From positions 1-61,436 of the forward strand of contig JBGQLU010000002.1 in assembly GCA_041500265.1 (NCBI GenBank): DNA of 61,436 bases. Reading direction: 5' to 3'. Position numbers and translations under genes: made by a program. Positions 1-9,395 of this stretch are shown here, in pieces; position 1 is the stretch's first letter; every line of letters begins with the position of its first letter. The notes beneath the pieces are model-generated. The model worked only from the letters and a program-made list of their open reading frames with translations, was not told the DNA's origin and did not search any database. Source of the stretch: Acidobacteriota bacterium (GTDB lineage: Bacteria; Acidobacteriota; Polarisedimenticolia; Polarisedimenticolales; DASRJG01).

Positions 1-321
1 CTTGCCGAGCAGGTTCTTGATTTGTTCCTTCGGCAGAGCCCCGACCGCATGATCGACGACGCGACCGGCCTTGAACACCATCAGCGTCGGTATGCTGCGG
101 ATCCCGAATCGCGCGGAGAGGTCGCCGTTCTCGTCGACGTTCACCTTCGCGATCGTCGCCCGGCCGTCCATCTCGCCGGCGATCTGCTCGAGGTAAGGGG
201 CGATCATCTTGCACGGGCCGCACCAGGAGGCCCAGAAATCGACGAGAACCGGTCCATGCGCGTTCTTGATGGTGTCGTCGAACGTCGCGTCGGTAAGATG
301 CACGATCTGGGGGCTGGCCAT
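1..321 (-). CDS. trxA: thioredoxin (C-terminal few residues cut by window edge)
   Basis: Not in the ORF track because there is no stop in the window. Minus-strand translation from the ATG at 321-319 gives MASPQIVHLTDATFDDTIKNAHGPVLVDFWASWCGPCKMIAPYLEQIAGEMDGRATIAKVNVDENGDLSARFGIRSIPTLMVFKAGRVV... It has the canonical WCGPC motif, and 107 codons fits thioredoxin size. Confidence 0.93.
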   Translation of the reverse strand, partial: MASPQIVHLTDATFDDTIKNAHGPVLVDFWASWCGPCKMIAPYLEQIAGEMDGRATIAKVNVDENGDLSARFGIRSIPTLMVFKAGRVVDHAVGALPKEQIKNLLGK

Positions 322-346
322 GGGTCCTCCTCGACGGAGCACGCGA

Positions 347-1180
347 GTGGATCAATCTAGCACGCGCCTTCCGGCGCCCGCCCGGCGTCGATTCGGGCAG
401 AACTTCCTCGTGTCCAAGACCGCGATCGCCCGTATCGTCGAGGCCCTCGATCCCCGTCCGGGCGAGAGTGTCGTCGAGATCGGACCGGGGCGCGGGGCGC
501 TGACCGCAGCCCTCTTGGAGCGCGTCCCGATGCTGACCGCGATCGAGATCGACCGGGATCTCGTGGCCTCGCTCCGCGCGACGTTTCCGGCCGAACGCTT
601 GCGGGTCATCGACGCCGACGTGCTGGAGGTGTGGGGCGCGCTCCCCGTTCTCGGCGCGGCGACCCCCGGCTTCCATCCCCCGTTCGTCGTCGCCGGAAAC
701 CTTCCGTACAACATCTCGAAGCCGGTCGCGATGGAGCTCATCGCCGGCCGCGCGGCGGTGGCGCGTGCGGTGCTCATGTTCCAGCGCGAGGTGGCCGACC
801 GGTTGACCGCCGCGCCGGGGAGCTCCGCGTACGGCCCGCTGTCGGTGCTCTCCGGCCGCGCGTTCGCGATCGAGCGTCTCTTCACTCTCCCCCCGGGGGC
901 GTTCCGCCCGGCGCCCGCGGTCACCTCCGCGGTGACCCGCTGGGTCCCGCTCCCGGCAGCCAGCCTTCCCGCGGCGATCGAGCCGGCCCTGAAGGACGTG
1001 CTGCGGGCGTCGTTCGCCCACCGCCGCCAGACGATCCTCCGGAACCTGCGCTCCGTCCTCCCCGGAGGGGAAGAGCAGGCGAAGGCACTCCTCCGCGACG
1101 CGGGGATCGACGCGGGATCCCGCGCCGAGGCGGTGGTGCCCGAAGCTTTCATGGCACTCGCGGCATCCTGGCCCGTATAA
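347..1180 (+). CDS. rsmA: 16S rRNA (adenine1518/1519-N6)-dimethyltransferase RsmA/KsgA
   Basis: ORF 209..1180 contains RRRFGQNFLVSK...VVEIGPGRGALT...AIEIDRDL...GNLPYNISKP, the KsgA SAM-binding and NLPY motifs. The maximal ORF overlaps trxA. In-frame candidate starts are ATG 320 and GTG 347, the last start before the FGQNFL motif, so the start is uncertain. Confidence 0.85.
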   Translation: MDQSSTRLPAPARRRFGQNFLVSKTAIARIVEALDPRPGESVVEIGPGRGALTAALLERVPMLTAIEIDRDLVASLRATFPAERLRVIDADVLEVWGALPVLGAATPGFHPPFVVAGNLPYNISKPVAMELIAGRAAVARAVLMFQREVADRLTAAPGSSAYGPLSVLSGRAFAIERLFTLPPGAFRPAPAVTSAVTRWVPLPAASLPAAIEPALKDVLRASFAHRRQTILRNLRSVLPGGEEQAKALLRDAGIDAGSRAEAVVPEAFMALAASWPV

Positions 1181-1228
1181 TTCTCCCGCGAACGTCCTCA
1201 GGCTCTCCTCGCCGCTCCCGGAGGACGC

Positions 1229-2890
1229 GTGTCCCGATCTTCCCCCATCGAAATCATCCCGCTCGGAGGGCTCGGCGAGTTCGGGATGAACCTGATGGTC
1301 TACCGCCACGGGACCGATTGCCTCGTCGTGGACGCCGGCATGATGTTCCCGGGCGCCGAGCATCTCGGGGTCGACGTCGTCGTTCCCAACATGGAGTTCC
1401 TGGACGCCTGCGGGACGATCCACGCCGTCGTGCTCACGCACGGCCACGAAGACCACATCGGCGCCCTCCCCTACCTTCTCGCGCGGCGGGACGTGCCCGT
1501 GTACGGGACGCCCTTCACTCTCGGGCTCGTCCGGGGGCGCCTCCAGGAGCACGACCTCGGTCCCGCGCTGCGGCTCCTCGTGCTGCCGACGGACGGGACG
1601 CCTCTCGTCCTCGGCCCCTTCTCGATCGAGGCGCTGCCGGTGACGCACTCGATCCCCCAGTCGACGATGCTCGTCCTCCGCACGCCGGTCGGGACGATCC
1701 TCCACACGGCGGACTTCAAGCTCGACCCCTACCCGCTCGACGGTCCCGGAACGGACCTCTCGCGGCTGGCGCGGCTGGGAGACGAAGGGGTCTTGGCCCT
1801 GCTCTCCGACAGCACGAACGCCACGCGCCCCGGATTCACGCAAGGGGAGCGCACGGTGGCGCCCGGACTCGACCGCGCGATCGCCGGCGCCCGCGGCCGC
1901 GTGCTCGCGACGACTTTTTCCAGCAACATCCACCGGCTCCAACAGCTCGTGGACATCGGGGTCGCGCGCGGGCGCAAGATCGCGATCGTCGGCTCCTCGA
2001 TGGAATTCCACACCGACGTCGCGGAGCACCTCGGCCTGTTCCGGATGCCGGTCGGGGCCCGGGTGAGCGCGGAGGCGGCGATGAGCCTCGCCGCCGAGCG
2101 GGTCCTCGTCCTCGTCACCGGGTCGCAGGGTGAGCCGACCTCCGCGCTCGCGCGCATCGCGGTCGACAAGCACCGCGACATGGTCGTCGGCGAGGGGGAT
2201 CTCGTCCTCCACTCCGCGCGCTCGATCCCGGGGAACGACAAGCCGATCGACCGGATGATCAACCACCTGCTCCGCCGGGGGGCCGAGGTGGTCACCGGGG
2301 ACGACGCGCCGATCCACGTTTCGGGTCACCCGTCGCGCGACGAGCTGGCCCTTCTCATCCACCTCGTCCGGCCGACGTTCCTGCTGCCGATCCACGGAGA
2401 GTACCGCCAGCTCCGCGCCCACGCCGAGATCGGGCGAGCCTGCGGGCTTCCCGCCGAGCGGATCCTGCTGGCGGAGTCGGGGGACCGGATGGCGCTCGAC
2501 GCGGAGGGCATGCGGATCGTCGATCGGGTCCCGGTCGGGCAGGTGTTCATCGACGGCGCGCTCGACCGCGTGGACTTCTCCGTGCTTCGCGACCGCCGCC
2601 AGATCGCCGGAGACGGGATCGTCGTCGCCGTCGTCGCCGTCCATCGCGACTCGGGACGGGTGGACGGCCCCCCGGAGATCGCCAGCCGCGGCTTCGTCGG
2701 GGATGCGGTCGAGGCGGAGATCCTGACCGAGGCCAAGGACGTCGTCGCGCTGGCCTTGAGCGATACGACGCTCGAGGAGCGGTCGGACGAGGGGCTCTTG
2801 AAGGCGAAGATCCAGGCGGATCTCCGGCGGTTCTTCCGGAAGCGCACACAGAAACGGCCGATGATCATCCCGCTGGTCGTCGAGTTGTAG
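1229..2890 (+). CDS. rnj: RNase J family beta-CASP ribonuclease (metallo-beta-lactamase fold)
   Basis: 553 aa with IIPLGGLGEFGMN, the HTHGHEDHIGALPYL (HxHxDH) motif and a later HVSGHPSRDEL motif. GTG start with GGAGGA 4-10 nt upstream. Confidence 0.9.
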   Translation: MSRSSPIEIIPLGGLGEFGMNLMVYRHGTDCLVVDAGMMFPGAEHLGVDVVVPNMEFLDACGTIHAVVLTHGHEDHIGALPYLLARRDVPVYGTPFTLGLVRGRLQEHDLGPALRLLVLPTDGTPLVLGPFSIEALPVTHSIPQSTMLVLRTPVGTILHTADFKLDPYPLDGPGTDLSRLARLGDEGVLALLSDSTNATRPGFTQGERTVAPGLDRAIAGARGRVLATTFSSNIHRLQQLVDIGVARGRKIAIVGSSMEFHTDVAEHLGLFRMPVGARVSAEAAMSLAAERVLVLVTGSQGEPTSALARIAVDKHRDMVVGEGDLVLHSARSIPGNDKPIDRMINHLLRRGAEVVTGDDAPIHVSGHPSRDELALLIHLVRPTFLLPIHGEYRQLRAHAEIGRACGLPAERILLAESGDRMALDAEGMRIVDRVPVGQVFIDGALDRVDFSVLRDRRQIAGDGIVVAVVAVHRDSGRVDGPPEIASRGFVGDAVEAEILTEAKDVVALALSDTTLEERSDEGLLKAKIQADLRRFFRKRTQKRPMIIPLVVEL

Positions 2891-2902
2891 ACTGGGGTCC
2901 CG

Positions 2903-5200
2903 ATGGACGTCACGCTCTCGAATCTCCGGAAGAAGCGCTGGTTCGACGAGGTCGCCGGGCTGCTCCTGCTCCTGTTCACCGCGATCACCGTCCTGGCCCT
3001 CGCCAGCTACGCATCGACCGACGCGACCTGGTTCCAGCGCCAACCCGGCCTGCACGGCGCTACGAACTGGATCGGGCGGGTCGGCGCGACCTTAGCCGAG
3101 CTCCTGCTCCAACTGCTGGGCACGGCGGCGTTCCTGGTTCCCGTCGTTCTCGCGATCACGGGGTGGAACCGGTTCCGCGGAAAGAGCGTCGCGTCGTCGT
3201 ACGGCCGTCTCGCCGGGCTTCTCGCCCTCCTCGTGACGCTCGCGACCCTCCTGGACCTCCTCTACGGAAACGTCCGCTACGGCGCCGAGATCTTCCGCGC
3301 CGGCGGGTACGTGGGCGCCAAGTGCGCGGGGGCGCTCGTCGCCCTCATGAATCCCCTGGGAGCGACGCTGACCGCGGTGACCCTGCTCGCCGCGACGATC
3401 GTCCTGACCACGCGATTCTCCTTCGCGCGCACGGCGCATCGCGTCGGGGAAGGAATGAACGGGCACATCGCGACCCGCCTGGAGCGGTTCCGCGCCTTCC
3501 GCGAAGCCCGCCGGAAAGAATCCGCCAAGCGCGCCCTCGAGAAGAAGCACGCGAAGAGCGCCGCGGAGCGCCAGGCGGGCGTGGACGCCCCCGAGGCGGC
3601 CCCGGTGATCGAGCTCCCGAAGGCGAGGCCGGCGGTCCGCGCGGAAGAGGCGCCCGCCCCCAAGGTCACGCTGCGCCGCGAGACGCCGAAGGTGGCGCCC
3701 GCGCCTTCGAAGCAACAGACCCTGCTCGAGCCGCCCGCTCCCGGCGGGGTCGCGCTCCCGCCGCTCGAGCTCCTGAACGAGCCGAAGCCCCAGGAGGGCG
3801 AGAGCAAGCAGGACCTTCTCCTCCGGGCCCAGCAGATCGAGGACAAGCTGCGCGAATTCGCCGTGGACGGAAAGGTCGAGGCGATCCACCCCGGCCCGGT
3901 CGTGACGACCTTCGAATACATGCCGGAAGCCGGCGTCCGCTACTCCAAGATCGTCGGCCTGATCGACGACCTCTGCCTCGGCCTGAAGGCCGAGTCGATC
4001 CGGATCGATCGCGTGCCGGGCCGCTCGACCGTCGGCATCGAGGTCCCGAACAAGCACCAGGAGGTCATCTTCCCGCGCGACCTCCTGGCCTCCGAGAAGT
4101 TCCGGTCCTCGAAGTCGAAGCTGACCCTGGCCCTGGGGAAGGACATCCACGGGGACGTCTTCACGGCGGAGCTCGAGCGGATGCCGCACTTGCTGATCGC
4201 GGGAGCGACCGGCGCGGGAAAGTCGGTCGGCTTGAACGGGATGATCACCTCGATTCTCTACAAGGCGACCCCGGCCGACGTCCGGTTCATCATGATCGAC
4301 ACGAAGATGATCGAGCTGGGGATGTACGCCGACATCCCCCACCTCTTGATCCCCGTCGTCACCGACCCCAAGCACGCCTCGACCGCGCTCAAGTGGGCGG
4401 TGCGCGAGATGGAGATCCGCTACAAGCAGCTCGCCTCGCTCGGCGTGCGCAACATCGAGCAGTTCAACCAGGCGCTCGTGGACGATCCGGGCCGGACGAT
4501 GACCGACGAGCGGACCGGTGAGCAGAAGGCGCTCCACCGCCTCCCCTACATCGTCATCGTGATCGACGAGATGGCCGACCTCATGATGGTCTCCTCCGCC
4601 GACGTCGAGGAGTCGATCATGCGCTTGGCCCAGATGGCCCGCGCGGTCGGGCTCCACCTGATCCTGGCGACCCAGCGCCCGTCCGTGGACGTCATCACCG
4701 GCACGATCAAGGCCAATTTCCCCGCCCGTATCGCCTTCCGCGTCAGCCAGCGCGTCGATTCGCGCACGATCATCGACCAGCAGGGGGCCGAGCACCTGAT
4801 CGGGCGGGGGGACATGCTCTTCCTCCCGTCGGGCTCGGCGCGGCTGCTGCGCTGCCATTCCGGGTTCATCACCGAGAACGAGCTGAACCGGATCGTCGCC
4901 TTCCTCAAGAAGCAGGCCAAGCCCATCTACGACGAATCGGTCCTGAAGGACCCCGAGGACGAGCGCGGCGGCGCCTTCGACCCCGGGGAGAGGGACAGCG
5001 TCTACGTCGACGCGGTCAAGCTCGTCCTGCAGGAAGGGATGTGCTCGATCACGCTCATTCAGCGCCGGATGCGCCTGGGGTACGCCCGGGCGGCGCGGAT
5101 CGTGGACATGATGGAGCAGGAAGGGATCATCGGCCCCGCCGACGGCAGCAAGCCCCGCGAGGTGCTCGTGGGACCGGAGATACTCGGAACGCTCGCGTAG
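2903..5200 (+). CDS. ftsK: DNA translocase FtsK/SpoIIIE
   Basis: 765 aa. N-terminal TM helices, a Pro/Ala-rich linker, the motor domain with Walker A (LIAGATGAGKSVGLN) and Walker B (IVIVIDEMADLMM), and a C-terminal gamma-like winged helix (ITLIQRRMRLGYARAARIVDMMEQEGIIG). Confidence 0.93.
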   Translation: MDVTLSNLRKKRWFDEVAGLLLLLFTAITVLALASYASTDATWFQRQPGLHGATNWIGRVGATLAELLLQLLGTAAFLVPVVLAITGWNRFRGKSVASSYGRLAGLLALLVTLATLLDLLYGNVRYGAEIFRAGGYVGAKCAGALVALMNPLGATLTAVTLLAATIVLTTRFSFARTAHRVGEGMNGHIATRLERFRAFREARRKESAKRALEKKHAKSAAERQAGVDAPEAAPVIELPKARPAVRAEEAPAPKVTLRRETPKVAPAPSKQQTLLEPPAPGGVALPPLELLNEPKPQEGESKQDLLLRAQQIEDKLREFAVDGKVEAIHPGPVVTTFEYMPEAGVRYSKIVGLIDDLCLGLKAESIRIDRVPGRSTVGIEVPNKHQEVIFPRDLLASEKFRSSKSKLTLALGKDIHGDVFTAELERMPHLLIAGATGAGKSVGLNGMITSILYKATPADVRFIMIDTKMIELGMYADIPHLLIPVVTDPKHASTALKWAVREMEIRYKQLASLGVRNIEQFNQALVDDPGRTMTDERTGEQKALHRLPYIVIVIDEMADLMMVSSADVEESIMRLAQMARAVGLHLILATQRPSVDVITGTIKANFPARIAFRVSQRVDSRTIIDQQGAEHLIGRGDMLFLPSGSARLLRCHSGFITENELNRIVAFLKKQAKPIYDESVLKDPEDERGGAFDPGERDSVYVDAVKLVLQEGMCSITLIQRRMRLGYARAARIVDMMEQEGIIGPADGSKPREVLVGPEILGTLA

Positions 5201-5213
5201 GGCTCGGCGGTGG

Positions 5214-5332
5214 GAGTCAAGAGTTGAGAGTTAGGAGTTGAGAGTTAAGAGTTGAGAGTTCAGCGTCATGAGGCGGTCGACCCTCAACTCTTAACTCTTG
5301 ACTCTCAACTCTCAACTCTCAACCCTGAACCT
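5214..5332. repeat. Long imperfect palindrome built from heptamer tandem repeats (7 x GAGTTNA, 21-nt spacer, 7 x TNAACTC). Probable bidirectional terminator or protein-binding array between convergent ftsK and the citE-like gene
   Basis: Left arm 5214-5262: GAGTCAA GAGTTGA GAGTTAG GAGTTGA GAGTTAA GAGTTGA GAGTTCA. Spacer 5263-5283. Right arm 5284-5332: TCAACTC TTAACTC TTGACTC TCAACTC TCAACTC TCAACCC TGAACCT. The arms are reverse complements at unit level with 0-2 mismatches per unit, and the stretch is much more AT-rich than its surroundings. Confidence 0.8.
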
Positions 5333-5338
5333 TCCCCC

Positions 5339-6181
5339 TCAGCCGCGCGCCAGGATCCGTTCGGCGAGCGTCACGTGCAGCGCCTCGATCATCTCGCCGT
5401 CCATCGCGACGACACCCTTGACGGCGCCGCAATGCATGGCCCACGCTTCGACCACGCGCCGGGCCCACGACAGTTCGTCCGGCGTGCTCCGGTAGACCTC
5501 GTGGATCGGCGCCACCTGCCGCGGGTGGATGCACGTCTTCCCGTCGTACCCCAGCTCCCTGGCGATCGCGGCGTGGCGTCTCAGGCCGGCGTCGTCCTTG
5601 AACGGGAAGTAGACGGAGTCGATCGCGGCGGCGCCGTGGCGGCGCGCGGAAAGGAGCACCTCCGCCAGCGCGTGCCGCTCCCAGCCGCGGCCCTCGTCGG
5701 GACGGGCTTGCAGCGAGAGCCTCAGATCCGCCGACCCGACGATCAGCATGCGCACCTGCGGATGCGCCCCCGCCAGGGCGCGGGCTTCGACGACCCCGGT
5801 GGCGGTCTCGATCATCAACGCCGTGGCCGCGCCGTGCTCGGCGAACCGCGAGGCGAGTGCTGCGACCGCCGCGGGATCCTCCGCCTTGGGCAGAACGACC
5901 CACGGAGGCTTCGCGAAGCCGACCAGGACGAGATCGTCCTGGAGCGGGCCGCTCCGTCCGGAGTTGATCCGCAACATCCAGGGGACCTCCGGCGAGAGCG
6001 ACCCGGACGCGACCGCCGCCCTCACCTGGTCCCGCGCGGCGTCCTTGTCCTGAGGGGGAACCCCGTCCTCGAGATCGACGATCACCGCATCGGCGGAGAT
6101 CGCGGGGATCTTTTCGAGGAGCGCCCGGCGCGACGCCGGCACGTAGAGGAGGCTCCGAGGAGGCCAGCTCACTTCGGCCAC
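5339..6181 (-). CDS. HpcH/HpaI aldolase / citrate lyase beta subunit (CitE)-like lyase
   Basis: RSLLYVPASRRALLEKIPAISADAVIVDLEDGV... and ...DGKTCIHPRQV are typical CitE/malyl-CoA-lyase-like motifs. The maximal ORF (to 6280) overlaps the upstream gene. Candidate starts are GTG 6181 and GTG 6172, the latter forming a GTGA overlap with the amrS stop. Confidence 0.75.
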   Translation of the reverse strand: MAEVSWPPRSLLYVPASRRALLEKIPAISADAVIVDLEDGVPPQDKDAARDQVRAAVASGSLSPEVPWMLRINSGRSGPLQDDLVLVGFAKPPWVVLPKAEDPAAVAALASRFAEHGAATALMIETATGVVEARALAGAHPQVRMLIVGSADLRLSLQARPDEGRGWERHALAEVLLSARRHGAAAIDSVYFPFKDDAGLRRHAAIARELGYDGKTCIHPRQVAPIHEVYRSTPDELSWARRVVEAWAMHCGAVKGVVAMDGEMIEALHVTLAERILARG

Positions 6182-7242
6182 ATGCCGGGAATCGTCGTTC
6201 CGCAGGGGCAGCGGCCCGCCGCGTCGAGGGCGTAGTGCGTCACCCGGTAGCCGGTGCGCCGCACCACGGTCGCGCCGCACGAGGGGCAGCGCGTGTCCTC
6301 GAGGTCGCCGACGCGTCCGGGGAGGTTGCCGGCGTACACGTACCGCAGCCCGGCCTCGCGGCCGAACGCGGCGGCGCGACGGAGATCGTCGGGGGTCGCG
6401 TCCCGGTTCGCGCTCATCTTGTAGTCACCGTGGAATGCCGTCACGTGCCACGGGATGTCGGGGCTCACCGACGCGAGGAATCCGGCGAGGTCGCGGAGCT
6501 CGCTCTCCCCGTCGTTCCAGTCCGGGATGAGCAGCGTGACGATCTCGACCCAAAATCCCATCGCGTGGAGGCTGCGGATCGTGTCGAGGATCGTTCCGAG
6601 CTTCCCTCCCAGCTCGCGGTAGTGCTCGTCCCGGAACCCCTTGAGGTCGACCTTGTAGAGGTCGACGTAGGGGCGGATGTACTCCAGGACCTCGGGCGTT
6701 CCGTTCCCGTTCGACACGAATCCGCAGACGATTCCCGCCGGCTTCGCTTGCCGGAACACCTCGACGGCCCATTCGGCCGTGATCAGCGGCTCGTTGTAGG
6801 TCGTGACCATCACCGGCGCCGCGTGCCTGCGGGCGAGGGCCAAGAGCTCGTCCGGCTCGACGTCCTGCGGCGGCGCCAGCGCGTCCGGATCGCGGAGGGC
6901 TTGCGAGGTCAGCCAGTTCTGACAGTAGGCGCAGTGCAGGTCGCACCCGAGCATCCCGAACGACAGGGCCTTGGTCCCCGGAAGAACATGGAAGAACGGC
7001 TTCTTTTCGATCGGGTCCACCTGGAGGGCGGCGACGTACCCCCGCGGGGCGTAGAGGGTCCCGGCGACGTTGTGCCGGACGCGGCAGATGCCGTCCAGAC
7101 CCGGAAGCACGAGGCAGCGGTGACCGCAGGCGAAGCAGCGCACGCGCCCGTTGTCCAGGCGTTCGTACAGCACGGCCTCGCGCGTGCGCCGCTCGAGCGC
7201 TTCTTTCAGCGTGGCGACGGCGGGATCGAGGGGGCGGGTCAT
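6169..7242 (-). CDS. amrS: AmmeMemoRadiSam-system-type radical SAM enzyme (AmrS-like; PFL-activase-like)
   Basis: 357 aa. N-terminal Cys-rich segment (RCFACGHRCLVLPGLDGICRVRHN), radical SAM motif GCDLHCAYCQNW, and a C-terminal CPSCG...CPCG zinc-ribbon-like tail. ATG start with GGAG upstream. Confidence 0.8.
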   Translation of the reverse strand: MTRPLDPAVATLKEALERRTREAVLYERLDNGRVRCFACGHRCLVLPGLDGICRVRHNVAGTLYAPRGYVAALQVDPIEKKPFFHVLPGTKALSFGMLGCDLHCAYCQNWLTSQALRDPDALAPPQDVEPDELLALARRHAAPVMVTTYNEPLITAEWAVEVFRQAKPAGIVCGFVSNGNGTPEVLEYIRPYVDLYKVDLKGFRDEHYRELGGKLGTILDTIRSLHAMGFWVEIVTLLIPDWNDGESELRDLAGFLASVSPDIPWHVTAFHGDYKMSANRDATPDDLRRAAAFGREAGLRYVYAGNLPGRVGDLEDTRCPSCGATVVRRTGYRVTHYALDAAGRCPCGTTIPGMWPK

Positions 7243-7254
7243 CGACGACTCCGC

Positions 7255-7959
7255 CTACAGTGTACCGCTCGCGTCCTCGCTCGTCCCGGCGAGCGCGGCC
7301 CGCGCGGCCTCCTGCTCCGCCTGCTTGCGGCTCGGGCCTCGCCCGGTGCCGACGATGCGGCCGTCCACCATGACCTCGGCGTCGAACGACCGCGCGTGAG
7401 GAGGCCCCACCGTCGAGGCGATCCGGTAGCGGGGGGTCAGCCGCCATCGCGCCTGCGCCAGCTCCTGGAACCGCGTCTTGAAGTCGCTCTCGCTCAGGCT
7501 CATGTCGCGCGTGGCGGAGAGCCGCGCGCCGAGGCAGCGCCGGACGACCGCGCGGGCGGAGCGCAGGCCGCGGTCCAGGAACACGGCGCCGACGATCGCC
7601 TCGAACGCGTCGGCGAGCAACGACGGCTTGAGTCTGCCCCCGGACTGTTCCTCTCCCCGCCCGAGGCGGAGGAACGCGCCCAGGTCGAGCTGCCGCGCCG
7701 CGTCCGCGAGCGCCTCCGCGCACACGACGGTTTGCTTCCGCCGGGTCAGCTCCCCTTCGCCGGCCGAAGGGTCGTCCTTCGAGAGCCATTCCGCGACCAC
7801 GAAGCCGAGGACGGAATCGCCGAGGAACTCCAGCCGCTCGTAGTCTTCGCCCTCGCCGCGCTCGTGGCGGAACGAGCCGTGGGTCAGCGCGCGCTCGAGA
7901 TGGACGCGATCGCGGAAAGAGACCCCGAGCCGTCGCTCCAGGTCGTCGAGGCCGCTCAC
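7255..7959 (-). CDS. rnc: ribonuclease III
   Basis: LERALTHGSF...YERLEFLGDSVLGFVVAEWL (RNase III signature), then a dsRBD (KTRFQELAQ...GPPHARSFDAEVMV...GRGPSRKQAEQEAARAAL). Start set at GTG 7959, which forms a GTGA overlap with the upstream stop. The maximal ORF to 8214 overlaps the upstream gene. Confidence 0.9.
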   Translation of the reverse strand: MSGLDDLERRLGVSFRDRVHLERALTHGSFRHERGEGEDYERLEFLGDSVLGFVVAEWLSKDDPSAGEGELTRRKQTVVCAEALADAARQLDLGAFLRLGRGEEQSGGRLKPSLLADAFEAIVGAVFLDRGLRSARAVVRRCLGARLSATRDMSLSESDFKTRFQELAQARWRLTPRYRIASTVGPPHARSFDAEVMVDGRIVGTGRGPSRKQAEQEAARAALAGTSEDASGTL

Positions 7960-9395
7960 GGCTGTCCCGGCGACCCGCCGAGGAGCTGCACGTCGCCGCC
8001 GGATTCGACCCGGATCGTCGGCCGGCTCGCGTTCCCGAGGACCCCCTGGGCCGAAGACCCGCCCTCCAGGATCTCCACGCGCGGGAGGTCGGTCTCGACC
8101 CGGCCGAACTTCGAGCGGGCCTCCACGCGGCATCCGCCGCCGGCGGGGAAGTGGACGGTGATGTCGCCTCCGTCGTTGTGGACGACGCTGTCCTTGCCGG
8201 GAAGCGAGGTCCAAGAGACGGCGACGTGGCGGCCGTCCGCCTCCACCTGCGCGGGACCCACCATTCCCAGCAGCGAGACGTCGCCGCCGCTGCTCTTGAC
8301 CCCGACCGCGCCGGAAGCCCCCTTGACGGTCACATCCCCCTGCGTGTTCTCGACGGTGACGTCGGCCGAGACCCCGTCGATCTGCACGTCCGAGCTCGTC
8401 GCGTAGACGAGCAGCTCGCCCCCGATGTCCTTCAGGCGGACCTTGAGACCGTCCCCCTGGATGCGGACCGGCCCGACGATCTTCTCGAGCACGACCTCGG
8501 CGTTCGAGGTTTTCACCTCGAGCAGCCCCGTGTTCCCCGAGCCCCGGACGGATCCGCCGTAGCTGATGAAGTGGAGCGCCGCCTTGTTGTCCAAGAACTG
8601 CACGTCGCCGTCGGATTCGACCGTGATGTCCCCTTGGCAGCGGGTCATCTTGAGCGGCGTTCCCGATAGCGAGAATTCCCCCCCCTGCGCCAGATCCCGG
8701 AGCTCGAGCTGCCCGCCGCGCTCCCGCACGTGAACCGGCACGTCGGCGGCCCCCACCGTCATCACGACGCCGTCGAGGTCGGCGTCCAGGGGGCCGCGGA
8801 GCTCCGCGACCTGGGCATGGCCGCCGGTCAGGTGCAACGACGAGCTGCCGGCGACCATCCCCAGCTTCACGTCCAGATCGCGGCCGCGCACGGTGACGTC
8901 CCCGTTCACGCTCGACACCGCCACGCTCCCCGACTGGACGTCGCCGGAGAACGAGCCGTTCTGGCCGCCCCCCGACACCTTCAGGCGCTCACCCCGAACT
9001 TCCACCGACGACGCGATCCCCGCCACGGTCACCGTGCTGTCCGTGGCCTCGACGGTGACGTTCATGTCGTCCGGGACGTGCACCACGAGCAGCCGGCCGG
9101 ATTCCGGGACGTCCTTGCGCGGGAGGAAGCGGAAGGTACCGTCCTCCAGCCACAGCGCCACGGGGATCTCGGCCCCCTTCGGACCCGGGGCCGCGCTCTG
9201 GAAGCGAACCTCCCCTTCCTTCCCCGCCTCGACGCGGATCTCGCCGCGGATGCCCGATACGACGACGCGGACCTCGCCGGTGACGGGAACGATCCCCGCG
9301 GACTCCTCGGCAAGGAGGCGCGACTCGCCGGCGCGGGTGAGCGAGGACCACGCCAGCGCGATCACGAGTGCGGAGACGACGCGGTCCCCTGCCAT
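7956..9395 (-). CDS. secreted beta-helix repeat protein (DUF4097 / putative-adhesin-like)
   Basis: 479 aa. N-terminal hydrophobic signal-like segment (VVSALVIALAWSSL), then many degenerate repeats of the type GDVTV.../GGDITV.../SSDVQIDGVSADVTVEN. ATG start with GGGAG upstream. Confidence 0.7.
   Translation of the reverse strand: MAGDRVVSALVIALAWSSLTRAGESRLLAEESAGIVPVTGEVRVVVSGIRGEIRVEAGKEGEVRFQSAAPGPKGAEIPVALWLEDGTFRFLPRKDVPESGRLLVVHVPDDMNVTVEATDSTVTVAGIASSVEVRGERLKVSGGGQNGSFSGDVQSGSVAVSSVNGDVTVRGRDLDVKLGMVAGSSSLHLTGGHAQVAELRGPLDADLDGVVMTVGAADVPVHVRERGGQLELRDLAQGGEFSLSGTPLKMTRCQGDITVESDGDVQFLDNKAALHFISYGGSVRGSGNTGLLEVKTSNAEVVLEKIVGPVRIQGDGLKVRLKDIGGELLVYATSSDVQIDGVSADVTVENTQGDVTVKGASGAVGVKSSGGDVSLLGMVGPAQVEADGRHVAVSWTSLPGKDSVVHNDGGDITVHFPAGGGCRVEARSKFGRVETDLPRVEILEGGSSAQGVLGNASRPTIRVESGGDVQLLGGSPGQP

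Noticed and set aside
5214-5332. The heptamer array as a CRISPR array or coding repeat.
   Set aside because: The units are 7 bp and contiguous with no spacers. The two halves are mutually reverse-complementary. No cas genes are present. ORFs 5252..6235 and 5298..5495 across it have no coding signature.
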